A stretch of 64,000 nucleotides of DNA. Origin: Rebecca billardiae RCC1528 (taxonomy: Eukaryota; Protista; Haptophyta). A model generated the notes under the pieces. The model saw nothing but the letters and a program-made list of their open reading frames with translations. It was not told the DNA's origin and ran no database searches. Location: NCBI GenBank assembly GCA_965240325.2, contig OZ251234.1, positions 1,178,001 to 1,242,000 of the forward strand, read 5' to 3'. Shown piece by piece: positions 1-10,557 of this stretch (its first letter is position 1; every line of letters starts with the position of its first letter). Made by a program: the position numbers and the translations under genes.

Positions 1-63
1 CCACACTGGGGCGCCCTAGGGGGTGCCCAGTCTGCCGACTCGGCTCAAACTCGATGATCTCGA

Positions 64-119
64 ATTGCAAGGCAGTGCACTGCTGGTACCTGGGACCACC
101 CCACAGTGTTGGGCTTGTA
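64..119 (+). repeat. 5' part of segment A (continues at 4864-4943), split by the composite element
   Basis: 64-119 joined to 4864-4943 is the reverse complement of 5063-5198. Confidence 0.85.
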
Positions 120-931
120 TAGTGGCCCTCAAGTTTAAGCGATAAAATCAAGCGGCGGCTCTATCGTCGGCGCTGAAGGTGAAGGCCGTGGTGCTGATGG
201 CTGCGTACTTGGGGCTGATGCCCGCCCACAGTCACGTGTTCAGCCTTGCCGTGTCGTGCGCGAGGCGGCGGTAGCGTGCGCTGAAAGTAGGTGCAGCCGA
301 TCGGCGAGCTCGACGGTAGCCGCGCGGCGGCCTCCCGACCAAGCCGTGTGAGGCAGCCGCCGGCCTGCGCCTGCGAGTCCTCCGTGCGTGGAGCTAGGCT
401 CCCACGCGTGGCCCGAGGCGTACACGGGGTGCCGTCCGAGCGCGCCAGTACACACCGAGCGCAGCAAGCTGGGCACCCTGCGCGGCAGGAGCATGCAATC
501 GAGCGAGCGCTGCCCACGAGATGAGCCCGTCGAGCCGCTGGCACGGCCCGGCGCGGCAGCTGCGCGAAAGTCTGTGGTGCGCCTGCACGTGGTCAAAGCA
601 CGAGCTCACACGCTGTGTGTGGACCAGGGACACAGAGTGTACGTGCATGCGCACCACGCTCGAATTTATTGCGTGCGCGGAGCGGCGCTGTGCGTGCACG
701 ACCATGCTGGTGCATGTGAGACCAGTCAGGTCTGTGCGCGATGGCCGGCCGCGCGAGCGCGCGCGTGCGCGACACAGCACACTTGCGGGCGAGCCGTGTG
801 TCTGCGCAGACGCGGGTGCTCCCCGACCGTGCGCCACGAGCGAGAGAGCCGCCATGGTGCGCTCGTCACGGCGTGAGCGGGCGTGCAATCACGTAGCCAG
901 CGAAGCGAACGCTTAAACCTGAGGGGTACTA
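120..931 (+). repeat. Left long terminal direct repeat (812 bp) with imperfect 22-bp TIRs
   Basis: Starts TAGTGGCCCTCAAGTTTAAGCG; the reverse complement of its end is TAGTACCCCTCAGGTTTAAGCG (19/22 match). Confidence 0.9.
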
Positions 932-1689
932 AGTGGTAATAAAAGAGAGGTAAATGGTGCGCTGGTGCCAGGGGTGCGCTGAGGCGCCCGGGCTGCACCA
1001 CGCGCACGACAATATTTAGGTCGGTATTCCACCACAGCGCGACCTCCGATCATTCGGCCCTGGTGGGCGAGGAGGAGACCATGCGCGTAGTGATTTGCGA
1101 GAGCTCGCCGATGCTTAAGCGTTGCGGCGCGCGGCGGTGGCAATGCGCAGAGCATGGAGAGAAGGGCTGCAAACCACGATGGTACGACCCACTAGCGCTG
1201 CCTCTTCGAGGTTGTATGCGTCGATTGCGCTCTAACGCCGGGTGCTGCGCGCGCTGTGTCGCCCAGGCGGCCGCCACCGCGCCGCACGCGGCCGTCGCCG
1301 GAGCTCTTGGACGGATGATGGCTGCGATTCAAAAGTAGATTCTTGTAACCGACCAATCGGCGAGCAGCTTGTGCATGGCTGCAGGGCGACCGCCGCCGGC
1401 GGCCGAGAGCCCCACGGTGCGACCATGCGCACAGCGAGCAGCGGCGCCGACGATCATGGCCAACTTGAGCTTAGCCGTGGCATACAGGAAGGGTCAGCGC
1501 GTATCGAAGACTGCGATGGCAGCGACCTATGATCGCCACGACCTCTCCGTGAACGACGGGCTCGGCCAAGCCATTGAGATGGTGCTGGGGCTCATATGTT
1601 TGGGACGGACTTCACCGAGCCAGATGCCGGTAACGTCGATGCAGGGCTGTGCGACGCGCGTGCACGCCCGCACTTGAGGTCACAGCTGC

Positions 1690-3740
1690 CCGCGCGCCAC
1701 CACCATGGCCAGAGTTTTGGCTCAGCTCAGCTCACACGACCTCACGACCTGCCGATCAGCCGGCGCCTCACGGCTCAGGCAACAACACGGCTGCTGCGGC
1801 GCGTGCGCGCAAGCTGGCGCGCCGGCGCGGCGCGCATCGCCAGGTACGGCCCCAGGGAGCGTATACATGGCACCGGCTGCCCGCGTCTACTGTCGCGCGC
1901 GCGAGAGCTCGAGCTCGAATCTGACCAAGCTGAGCTGGGTGTGTCACGGCCAACGGCTACGGAGAGCTGCGGCTGCGGCTAGAGCCAGCGAGAAGCGCCG
2001 AGTCGGCGCGCGCGCCGTGCGCATCTGAAGGGCGGGCTCGGGCACGCAGCACACGCGCGGGGGGCGTGCCGAGCGCGAGCGCGCGCGCGCGCGCTCGGCG
2101 CTCCTCCTGCGCCGCCGCCACGGCCGGAGTTTCGGCTCAGCTCAGATCTCACGACCTCCCGACCTGCCGATCAGCCGGCGCCTCACAGCTCAGGCAACAA
2201 CACGGCTGCTGCGGCGCGTGCACACACGCGCGCGCGCCGGCGCGGCGCTCAGCGCCAGGTACGGCCCCGATGAGCGTACACATCGCACCGGCGGCCCGCC
2301 TCTACTGTCGCGCGCGCGAGAGCTCGAGCTCGAATCTGACCAAGCTGAGCTGAGTGTGTCACGGCCAACGGCTACGGAGAGCTGCGGCTGCGGCTAGAGC
2401 CAGCGAGAAGCGCCGAGTCGGCGCGCGCGCCGTGCGCATCTGAAGGGCGGGCTCGGGCACGCGGCACACGCGCGGGGGGCGTGCCGAGCGCGAGCGCGCG
2501 CGCGCGCGCTCGGCGCTCCTCCTGCGCCGCCGCCACGGCCGGAGTTTCGGCTCAGCTCAGATCTCACGACCTCCCGACCTGCCGATCAGCCGGCGCCTCA
2601 CAGCTCAGGCAACAACACGGCTGCTGCGGCGCGTGCACACACGCGCGCGCGCCGGCGCGGCGCTCAGCGCCAGGTACGGCCCCGATGAGCGTACACATCG
2701 CACCGGCGGCCCGCCTCTACTGTCGCGCGCGCGAGAGCTCGAGCTCGAATCTGACCAAGCTGAGCTGGGTGTGTCACGGCCAACGGCTACGGAGAGCTGC
2801 GGCTGCGGCTAGAGCCAGCGAGAAGCGCCGAGTCGGCGCGCGCGCCGTGCGCATCTGAAGGGCGAACTCGGGCACGCGGCACACGCGCGGGGGGCGTGCC
2901 GAGCGCGAGCGCGCGCGCGCGCGCTCGGCGCTCCTCCTGCGCCGCCGCCACGGCCGGAGTTTCGGCTCAGCTCAGATCTCACGACCTCCCGACCTGCCGA
3001 TTAGTCGGCGCCTCACAGCTCAGGCAACAACACGGCTGCTGCGGCGCGTGCACACACGCGCGCGCGCCGGCGCGGCGCTCAGCGCCAGGTACGGCCCCGA
3101 TGAGCGTACACATCGCACCGGCGGCCCGCCTCTACTGTCGCGCGCGCGAGAGCTCGATCTGAAATCTGACCAAGCTGAGCTGGGTGTATCACGGCAAATG
3201 GCTACGGAGAGCTGCGGCTAGAGCCAGCGAGAAGCGCCGAGTCGGCGCACGCGCCGTGCGCATCTGAAGGGCGGGCTCGGGCACGCGGCACACGCGCGGG
3301 GGGCGTGCCGAGCGCGCGCGGGCGCGCGCGCGCTCGACGCTCCTCTTGCGCCGCCGCCACGGCCGGAGTTTCGGCTCAGCTCAGATCTCACGACCTCCCG
3401 ACCTGCCGATCAGCCGGCGCCTCACGGCTCAGGCAACAACACGGCTGCTGCGGCGCGTGCGCACACGCGCGCGCGCCGGCGCGGCGCTCAGCGCCAGGTA
3501 CGGCCCCGATGAGCGTGCACATCGCACCGGCGGCCCGCCTCTACTGTCGCGCGCGCGAGAGCTCGAGCTCGAATCTGACCAAGCTGAGCTGGGTGTGTCA
3601 CGACCAACGGCTACGGAGAGCTGCGGCTGCGGCTAGAGCCAGCGAGAAGCGCCGAGTCGGCGCGCGCGCCGTGCGCATCTGAAGGGCGGGCTCGGGCATG
3701 CGGTACACGCGCGGGGGGCGTGCCGAGCGCGCGCGCGAGC
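1690..3740 (+). repeat. Tandem array of ~5 units of 415 bp inside the composite element
   Basis: Equivalent positions at 2066, 2481, 2896, 3305 and 3720 (periods 415, 415, 409, 415). The first unit is more diverged. The period is not a multiple of 3. Confidence 0.92.
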
Positions 3741-4049
3741 GCTCGAGGTCACAACTCCTGTGGCTGATTTGATCTTGCGTTAATCAGTGGCCTAGGCCAT
3801 GGTCATCACATGTCACGTCCCTGACTGACGCTTACGAATGACAACCCAGTCATGTTGCCAATGGAGCAGCACAGTCTCGTGCAACGGGGAGAAGCCGGCT
3901 ACTCCGAGCGCTCCGGCACGATCCGTCCTAGCCATATAGCGCGCGCGCCAGCCAGAGTCGAAACGGACTGCGCGCGTCAGAGTGAACCTTCGTCGACACC
4001 TCCTACGATGATGCTCACGTCTCACGCGGGTTTTCAGCAGCCTCCGACT

Positions 4050-4861
4050 TAGTGGCCCTCAAGTTTAAGCGATAAAATCAAGCGGCGGCTCTATCGTCGG
4101 CGCTGAAGGTGAAGGCCGTGGTGCTGATGGCTGCGTACTTGGGGCTGATGCCCGCCCACAGTCACGTGTTCAGCCTTGCCGTGTCGTGCGCGAGGCGGCG
4201 GTAGCGTGCGCTGAAAGTAGGTGCAGCCGATCGGCGAGCTCGACGGTAGCCGCGCGGCGGCCTCCCGACCAAGCCGTGTGAGGCAGCCGCCGGCCTGCGC
4301 CTGCGAGTCCTCCGTGCGTGGAGCTAGGCTCCCACGCGTGGCCCGAGGCGTACACGGGGTGCCGTCCGAGCGCGCCAGTACACACCGAGCGCAGCAAGCT
4401 GGGCACCCTGCGCGGCAGGAGCATGCAATCGAGCGAGCGCTGCCCACGAGATGAGCCCGTCGAGCCGCTGGCACGGCCCGGCGCGGCAGCTGCGCGAAAG
4501 TCTGTGGTGCGCCTGCACGTGGTCAAAGCACGAGCTCACACGCTGTGTGTGGACCAGGGACACAGAGTGTACGTGCATGCGCACCACGCTCGAATTTATT
4601 GCGTGCGCGGAGCGGCGCTGTGCGTGCACGACCATGCTGGTGCATGTGAGACCAGTCAGGTCTGTGCGCGATGGCCGGCCGCGCGAGCGCGCGCGTGCGC
4701 GACACAGCACACTTGCGGGCGAGCCGTGTGTCTGCGCAGACGCGGGTGCTCCCCGACCGTGCGCCACGAGCGAGAGAGCCGCCATGGTGCGCTCGTCACG
4801 GCGTGAGCGGGCGTGCAATCACGTAGCCAGCGAAGCGAACGCTTAAACCTGAGGGGTACTA
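4050..4861 (+). repeat. Right long terminal direct repeat (812 bp)
   Basis: Same sequence as 120-931, including both TIRs. Confidence 0.9.
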
Positions 4862-4948
4862 TATGCTGTCGGCAATGGCATACCCCCGCCCCCTCTGGAG
4901 GCGGGCTGTCCACAGCGGAGTGGTGTCAAGGCACTCGGTGTATTTTTA

Positions 4949-5312
4949 AATTCCCCTTTATAACGGGCTCCGGGTGATCAGACTGGCGGCCGAAGCCTCC
5001 AGCCCTACCCTGGCCAGCCCCCAACCAACCACCACCCTCACCCAACCTCAAACCACTGACCGATACACCGAGTGCCTTGACACCACTCCGCTGTGGACAG
5101 CCCGCCTCCAGAGGGGGCGGGGGTATGCCATTGCCGACAGCATACAAGCCCAACACTGTGGGGTGGTCCCAGGTACCAGCAGTGCACTGCCTTGCAATCG
5201 GTCAGTGGTTTGAGGTTGGGTGAGGGTGGTGGTTGGTTGGGGGCTGGCCAGGGTAGGGCTGGAGGCTTCGGCCGCCAGTCTGATCACCCGGAGCCCGTTA
5301 TAAAGGGGAATT
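4949..5312. mobile_element. MITE/foldback-like element with ~116-bp inverted arms and a ~135-bp loop, flanked by TA
   Basis: 4947-5064 is the reverse complement of 5197-5314 (TA-AATTCCCC...GGGGAATT-TA). The loop 5063-5198 is the inverse of flanking segment A. Confidence 0.75.
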
Positions 5313-5692
5313 TACATAAGGTAAGTACTCAGATTAATGAATAGGCGAGGTGAGGATGAGATCGGGGTGAACGGGATAGATCGGCACAATCTCCTACCTT
5401 CCAATCGATATCTGAGCTGTGTGGTAGCAGTTCGCCCATTTTTTGTTATGCCAAGTTCACATTTGAAAGCGCATGTATTAAAACCGACAGAATCAATCTC
5501 ACTCGATCTGACCCCCCCGGCGGCGGCGGCCCGGCCGCCAACCGCCCATTTTAAAATGATTATTGGACCGACCGTGCCGATCGAGCAGGGGCGTTCCCCG
5601 CGCGGGTCATGCGCCAATAAAAACTCACACGCGAAAACAAAGCGCGGAAAATGAAAACGCGCTTGGCGCCGAAGGCGCGCTGGCGTCGATGG

Positions 5693-6594
5693 GCGCTTGG
5701 CGCGCGCGCGGCGCGGCGCGCTGCGGCCGTCGAGTTGCCGTGCGAAGGCGGCGCGTTGCGTGCGTGGCATCGGAACGCTGCCGTGCTCCGCACTGCGCCC
5801 CGCAGCTCGCTCCTCGTCGACTTTGCTGCGCCTACGATCAGCGCGCACGCGAGCGTCGCCTCGGAATGAGCAGCCCGCGCCGGCCTCAGCCGTGAGCACC
5901 CGCCTGGCGCGCGATGCGATCAACTCGGGGCGCGAGCTGCGGCTGAGCGAGGAAACATGTGCCTGCGCGCAAGCCGCGCCGCCTTGAGACACCGATCGTG
6001 CGCGTTGATGCAGCTTCAGACGGCTGTCGACGAATGCCGATCAGCCTGCACGAGCCTTGCATGCAGTGGAGATGAAACAACAGACCGTGAGCGCCCTGAA
6101 GCGATGAATAGGAGTCTTCGGGTTGCGTGTGCGCACAGCAACTCGTGTACATCTATGCATCGCATGCGCGCGTGGCTGCCGTCATGCCTTGCTTGAGTAG
6201 TTGCTCTGATAAGGAGTCCTTTCAAGGACACCGCGACAATGCGCAAGGGCAAGAAGAATAGTTGCGTGCAAGGTGCGTGCCCTGCTCACGATCGGTGTCT
6301 CAAGGCGGCGCGGCTTGCGCGCAGGCACATGCTTCCTCGCCCAGCCGCAGCTCGTGCCCCGAGTTGATCGCATCGCGCGCCAGGCGGGTGCTCACGGCTG
6401 AGGCCGGCGCGGGCTGCTCATTCCGAGGCGACGCTCGCGTGCGCGCTGATCGTAGGCGCAGCAAAGTCGACGAGGAGCGAGCTGCGGGGCGCAGTGCGGA
6501 GCACGGCAGCGTTCCGATGCCACGCACGCAACGCGCCGCCTTCGCATGGCAACTCGACGGCCGCAGCGCGCCGCGCCGCGCGCGCGCCAAGCGC
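5693..6594. mobile_element. Foldback-like element with 308-bp inverted arms and a 286-bp spacer; possible 3-bp TSD (TGG)
   Basis: 5693-6000 is a near-perfect reverse complement of 6287-6594 (a few mismatches). TGG lies at 5690-5692 and 6595-6597. Confidence 0.7.
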
Positions 6595-6649
6595 TGGTGC
6601 ACCGCAGTCCGGGTTGGCGGCCGCCACTGCCGCAGCGCCAGTCCGGAAG

Positions 6650-6734
6650 GCAAAGCCCCCGCAGCGGGGGCTTTGCTTTTCAGGAGCGTGTGGCAGGATC
6701 CCGGGAACGCCCTTGAATCCCGGGAACGCCCTTG
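6650..6734. other. Perfect palindrome (13-bp arms) followed by T4 and an 18-bp tandem direct repeat
   Basis: GCAAAGCCCCCGC-A-GCGGGGGCTTTGC at 6650-6676, then TTTT. ATCCCGGGAACGCCCTTG at 6698-6715 and 6717-6734. Confidence 0.8.
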
Positions 6735-6744
6735 TGTACTGGCG

Positions 6745-6777
6745 GACTAATTCTATGATTTAAAGACACAGGCACGA
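6745..6777 (+). repeat. 33-bp AT-rich inverted repeat, left copy (partner 22844-22876)
   Basis: GACTAATTCTATGATTTAAAGACACAGGCACGA is the exact reverse complement of 22844-22876. Confidence 0.9.
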
Positions 6778-6816
6778 GGGCGCAGGACTAGATGGAGTCC
6801 GCAGTGTGAGTTCAGA

Positions 6817-8454
6817 CTATGCAGATGGCATCAGTTCCGCTGATGTGACGAGGCTGGCGTCGATGAGCACGACGCGCCCATCGTGCGGTGGCGGCAAGGC
6901 AGCAGTGCCGTCGCGAGCCGCCGCCGATGGCGATGGCACTGGCACGCCTTCGCCGGCTCCGCCTCCCCACGCGAGGCGCTGTGGAGGATCGCGGACTCCA
7001 GCGTCTATGACAGCCGTCGGTGCGGTCGGAGGCTCTGCGAGCGGCACCGTCGCCGTCGCGGCGAGGGTAGCGGAGGCAGACGAGCCACCGGACGCCCCGA
7101 GCGACTGCCGATGCACGTGCGTATCAGGGCCGGCATGCACCGCCAGCATCGCCGCGCCTTTCAGGCCGTGCACGGTGACCACCCACGGCTTGAAGCGGGA
7201 CAGCCCGGCAGCGCCGCCGTCGCCCGCGGCATGCGGTTTGGCCCCACCCTGGATGAGCACGTTGTGCACGCGTCGCCTGCTCGTTCGGCTGGTCCATCCG
7301 ACGTGGTGCAAGTGGAGCCCGTGCATCTGCTGCGCGCAGTAGCCGAACATCACGTCCGTGTAGCGCCCGTCCTGGGTCACCTCGCCAGCTCGGCTCGCGT
7401 TCGCGCGCGCAGCTGCCGCCGCCACCGGGTCGGGCGCCTCGCTCAGCCGAGCGCGGCGTCGCGCACGCCGCCGCGGCCGTGCGGGCTGCGCTGGACCTGG
7501 AGCGCACGGCGCCCGAAGCCCGCGGGCTGGGCGCCCGAGGTCCTGCGCGCGTTCGAGCCTGGCCTTCTTCATCAGCCGGCTGATGTGCTCCCGGCAGAGC
7601 AGGCGGTGGAGCAGCGAGCCCTCCTCTCCACGCCCCAGCGGGCCCGCGCCCCACCACAGGCGCAGGCCGTCGCGGGCCCAGCGCGAAACCGCGCTGTGCG
7701 GGCAGCCTGCGGTCTCGAGGCGTGCGAGCGCGCGCGCGCACGCCGGCTCGAAGCCGCTCGCGTGCTCGAGCGCGGCGCTCGAGACGATCGTGCCTGGCCC
7801 GCCCGCCGCATAGAAGAGCACATCACCGCGCGCGCGCGCGGCGGTGAAGTTGCGCCGATTGCTCGTGCTCGCAGCCTCGGCCTCGCCGTGGTACTTGAGC
7901 GTGCGGCCCTGGAACCCAGCGCTCCAGAAGACCGTGCCGGCGACGACGCGCTTGGCGTGCCCGTCGCCCAGGGCGCCCAACAGCGCCTCGAGCCGTGGCA
8001 GCACGACGTAGCAGTCGTCGTCCACGCGCACAAACCACGAGGGCGGGCCGTCGCGCGTGACGGCCTGGTGGTGGCGAGCAAAGGCGTGCGCCCAGATGGC
8101 CAGATCCTTCCAGTTGGGCGCGCTGTCGCCGACGTCGAGGAACACCAGCTGCGATGGGCTCACCGGGAGCGCGCCCTCGACGCGCCCGCGCGCCTCGCGG
8201 CCGAACATGTAGAAGACGCGCGCGCTCGGCGGGCGATTCCACGTCTCGAGTGTCGCGCGCGCGGCGCGGAGCGTGCGCTGGCTCGTCGTCACGTACACCC
8301 GGTATTCCGGCGCCGCCGCGCGCGGAGGCAGCAACACCACGAGTAGGACGACCCACGACGTCGCGCCTGGAATCGCGCGCGGCCCGCTGGGCGGCGGCTG
8401 GCTGCGGCTCCAGGGTGGTGCTGACAAGCGCGGACTTCGAGCGGACGCCGCCAT
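6817..8454 (-). CDS. GT31-family (fringe/C1GALT-like) beta-1,3-glycosyltransferase
   Basis: N-terminal hydrophobic anchor (WVVLLVVLL), WFVRVDDDCYV DxD motif, YAAGGPG motif and downstream DVMFGYC motif, all typical of GT31. Possible unrecognised introns. Confidence 0.75.
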   Translation of the reverse strand: MAASARSPRLSAPPWSRSQPPPSGPRAIPGATSWVVLLVVLLPPRAAAPEYRVYVTTSQRTLRAARATLETWNRPPSARVFYMFGREARGRVEGALPVSPSQLVFLDVGDSAPNWKDLAIWAHAFARHHQAVTRDGPPSWFVRVDDDCYVVLPRLEALLGALGDGHAKRVVAGTVFWSAGFQGRTLKYHGEAEAASTSNRRNFTAARARGDVLFYAAGGPGTIVSSAALEHASGFEPACARALARLETAGCPHSAVSRWARDGLRLWWGAGPLGRGEEGSLLHRLLCREHISRLMKKARLERAQDLGRPARGLRAPCAPGPAQPARPRRRARRRARLSEAPDPVAAAAARANASRAGEVTQDGRYTDVMFGYCAQQMHGLHLHHVGWTSRTSRRRVHNVLIQGGAKPHAAGDGGAAGLSRFKPWVVTVHGLKGAAMLAVHAGPDTHVHRQSLGASGGSSASATLAATATVPLAEPPTAPTAVIDAGVRDPPQRLAWGGGAGEGVPVPSPSAAARDGTAALPPPHDGRVVLIDASLVTSAELMPSA

Positions 8455-9624
8455 CGTATTTCGTCATAAGTTCGCCGGCCGGCCATGCAAATTGCAAAAG
8501 GCCTGGGTCGCCCGGACTAGGCAGGACTATGAACGCCGGTAACCGCACAGTAACAGTAATTAAGACTTTAAGAGTACGGTAGGAAGGCACCGTTCCGATA
8601 TCGCATCTACCCGTACCTGTATCTCAGATATCTCGACTTCATTACCCCAAGAGCCATCGCGCGCAAAGGCCCCACGAGGGAAAAAAGCTCCGGCTCGCGG
8701 GCACGGCGCCGTATGCGGAGGCGCACGGGCGCACTCGCGCGCGCTCTCGCGCGCGCTCTCGCGCCTCTGTCGCTCCAGAAGGAACCTCTACCTTCGCGCC
8801 GCCGTAGCGCCGCCGTAGCGCGACCAGAAGCCGACGTGGGCCACCCACTGCGTGCACTCTTGTGTGTGCGCCGCATCGCGGTAAGGAGCAGCTAGCGTCG
8901 CCCGCCTGCGTCAGTGGCCTGAACTCTTTGAAGGGCGCTTGCGGGTCGCGCGGGCGGGGGCGCGCCCTGCACAGGGGTCCCTCTCTCCCCTAGCCTGCAC
9001 TAGCGCCGCGAACGAGTGGGCGCTTTTGCGATCCGCACGTCCATAGAGCGCCAAGGCGACTGAGCTAGCGCTCGTCGTCGCCGTAAGGCGGGGCTGTTCT
9101 CCCTGGTAGCTCTCGCGACACTTCGTGGAAGTGTTATATATATATAATGTTTGGGTAAGTCATGTTTCAAGAGTCAATATTGAAGAACGCAAAGGCACTC
9201 CTACCCGCGCATTCTATTAGCTGTCGCATATCGAAGAGTACCCAAGTCAACTCTCTCGGTTGATTAGGTCCGCCTTGTTCCATCACCTGTTGCTGCGATC
9301 GCTTGTCCGGGTCCGAAATCATCCAAACAAACACACTCATAGGATTCGATACCGGACAGCGCTAAATATCGCCAGACGGGAACGGGTGCTGGGCGCTGAT
9401 GAGCGAATGGACGAGCTACACTCATCAAGCGGCAATAATGGGAGAACCTCGACAAAGCTTGGACAAAGTTTGCAGCGCCTCGTCCGTTCGCCAAGCTTTT
9501 TCAGACGAGGCCGCGTGCTACCTCGGCTGGCCGCACCCGGCGGTCGCTTGCAGGTGGGCGGCCCCCCCCGAGTCCGCCCCCTTACCACCCCACATCCCGT
9601 CCTGGGCGAGGAGCCCCAAGGGCG

Positions 9625-10557
9625 ATGTCCACAACGGCGGTGCCCGAGGTCACCGAGCGGGCGCTCGCGCCTGCGCTCGCGCTCCTCGGCGCCAGCACGC
9701 CCGCCGCCGACGTCTGCTGGGTGCTCACCTCGGCCAAGGCGCCATACACGATCCGTGCGGCGAGCAATGTCTGGTGCCGCACGTGGGAGTGCGACAGCGA
9801 GGTGGCGGTGGGCAAGACGCTCGACGTGATCGCGGGGCCTCGCAGCTCGAATGACAACGTCGGCGCGCGCCTCGCCGAGGCGAGCCCGACCCCCAAGGCC
9901 GCGGCCGCCACCGCGCCGCCGCTGGGCACGTGGGTCGATTGCGGCGTCGTCACCAACTACACAATGCGCTCGGTCGCGCCGCTCGAGCACCACCTGGTGA
10001 TCGGGCCGCTGTGCGAGGCGGACGGGAGCGTGCAGGCGCTCGTCGGCGTGTCGCACGTCCTCGGGCGCGCCGATTTCGCCGACGCCGCCCCCGCGAGTGC
10101 CCCCGCGGCCCTCGTGCTGGGCGCGGGCTCGACCTCCGCCTCGGCGCCCGCCGCCGACGCCGCCGCGGCTGAGCCGCCTCTCCCGCGATTCAAGGCGATG
10201 CTGCACCGCCCGGCCACGCTCGACGAGCAGGAGCAGTCGGGCCCTGCCGCGAAGCCGGCCGCGCCCCGCCCCTCGGACCCGACGGCGGCCCCCAAGCTCC
10301 CGATGCGCTATGGCGGCGCGGCCTCGATGCGCCCGGCGCACACGCGCCGGTCGGCGGACGACGAGCGCGCCGCATCGCCCAAGTCTGGCCGCGTGCGCTC
10401 GTACGGCGAGGATCTCGCCAGCCTCGGGGACACGTTCGAGGCGGGCTTCGACGACGACATCCCGGCGTTCCGCGAGCTGCTGCAGCGCTCCGACATGCGC
10501 ATCGTGCTGCGCGAGTCCGCCAAGCGCGCCGCGCTGCCCATCCCCGCGCGCGGCTAA
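9625..10557 (+). CDS. Hypothetical protein (310 aa; an upstream exon near 9407 is possible)
   Basis: ATG-to-TAA ORF with gene-like codon usage and globular-looking N- and C-terminal segments; no family recognised. Confidence 0.55.
   Translation: MSTTAVPEVTERALAPALALLGASTPAADVCWVLTSAKAPYTIRAASNVWCRTWECDSEVAVGKTLDVIAGPRSSNDNVGARLAEASPTPKAAAATAPPLGTWVDCGVVTNYTMRSVAPLEHHLVIGPLCEADGSVQALVGVSHVLGRADFADAAPASAPAALVLGAGSTSASAPAADAAAAEPPLPRFKAMLHRPATLDEQEQSGPAAKPAAPRPSDPTAAPKLPMRYGGAASMRPAHTRRSADDERAASPKSGRVRSYGEDLASLGDTFEAGFDDDIPAFRELLQRSDMRIVLRESAKRAALPIPARG

Larger units (their letters stand above)
120..4861. mobile_element. Non-autonomous composite-like element: 812-bp direct repeats with own TIRs flanking a 3.1-kb internal region; TA target-site duplication
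   Basis: 120-931 and 4050-4861 are direct repeats (offset 3930; overlapping ORF translations identical). Flanks read GGGCTTG-TA-[element]-TA-TGCTGTC. The uninterrupted empty site GGGCTTGTATGCTGTC is present in reverse complement at ~5136-5151. No transposase, RT or integrase ORF recognised. Confidence 0.85.

Noticed and set aside
1690-3740. CRISPR array or repeated Cys-rich protein genes
   Set aside because: Units are 415 bp with no unique spacers, there are no cas genes, and the context is eukaryotic; the ORFs lack ATG starts and one copy has a premature stop.
120-4861. Canonical LTR retrotransposon or retrozyme
   Set aside because: No TG...CA ends, only a 2-bp TSD, no PPT, no gag/pol and no hammerhead core found; kept instead as a composite-like element.
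5317-5328. U1 snRNA 5' end (ACTTACCT on the minus strand)
   Set aside because: No U1 stem-loops or Sm site follow; the sequence runs directly into the MITE arm.
6650-6680. Rho-independent terminator
   Set aside because: The shape fits, but the DNA is eukaryotic nuclear and no plus-strand gene ends here; recorded as a hairpin only.
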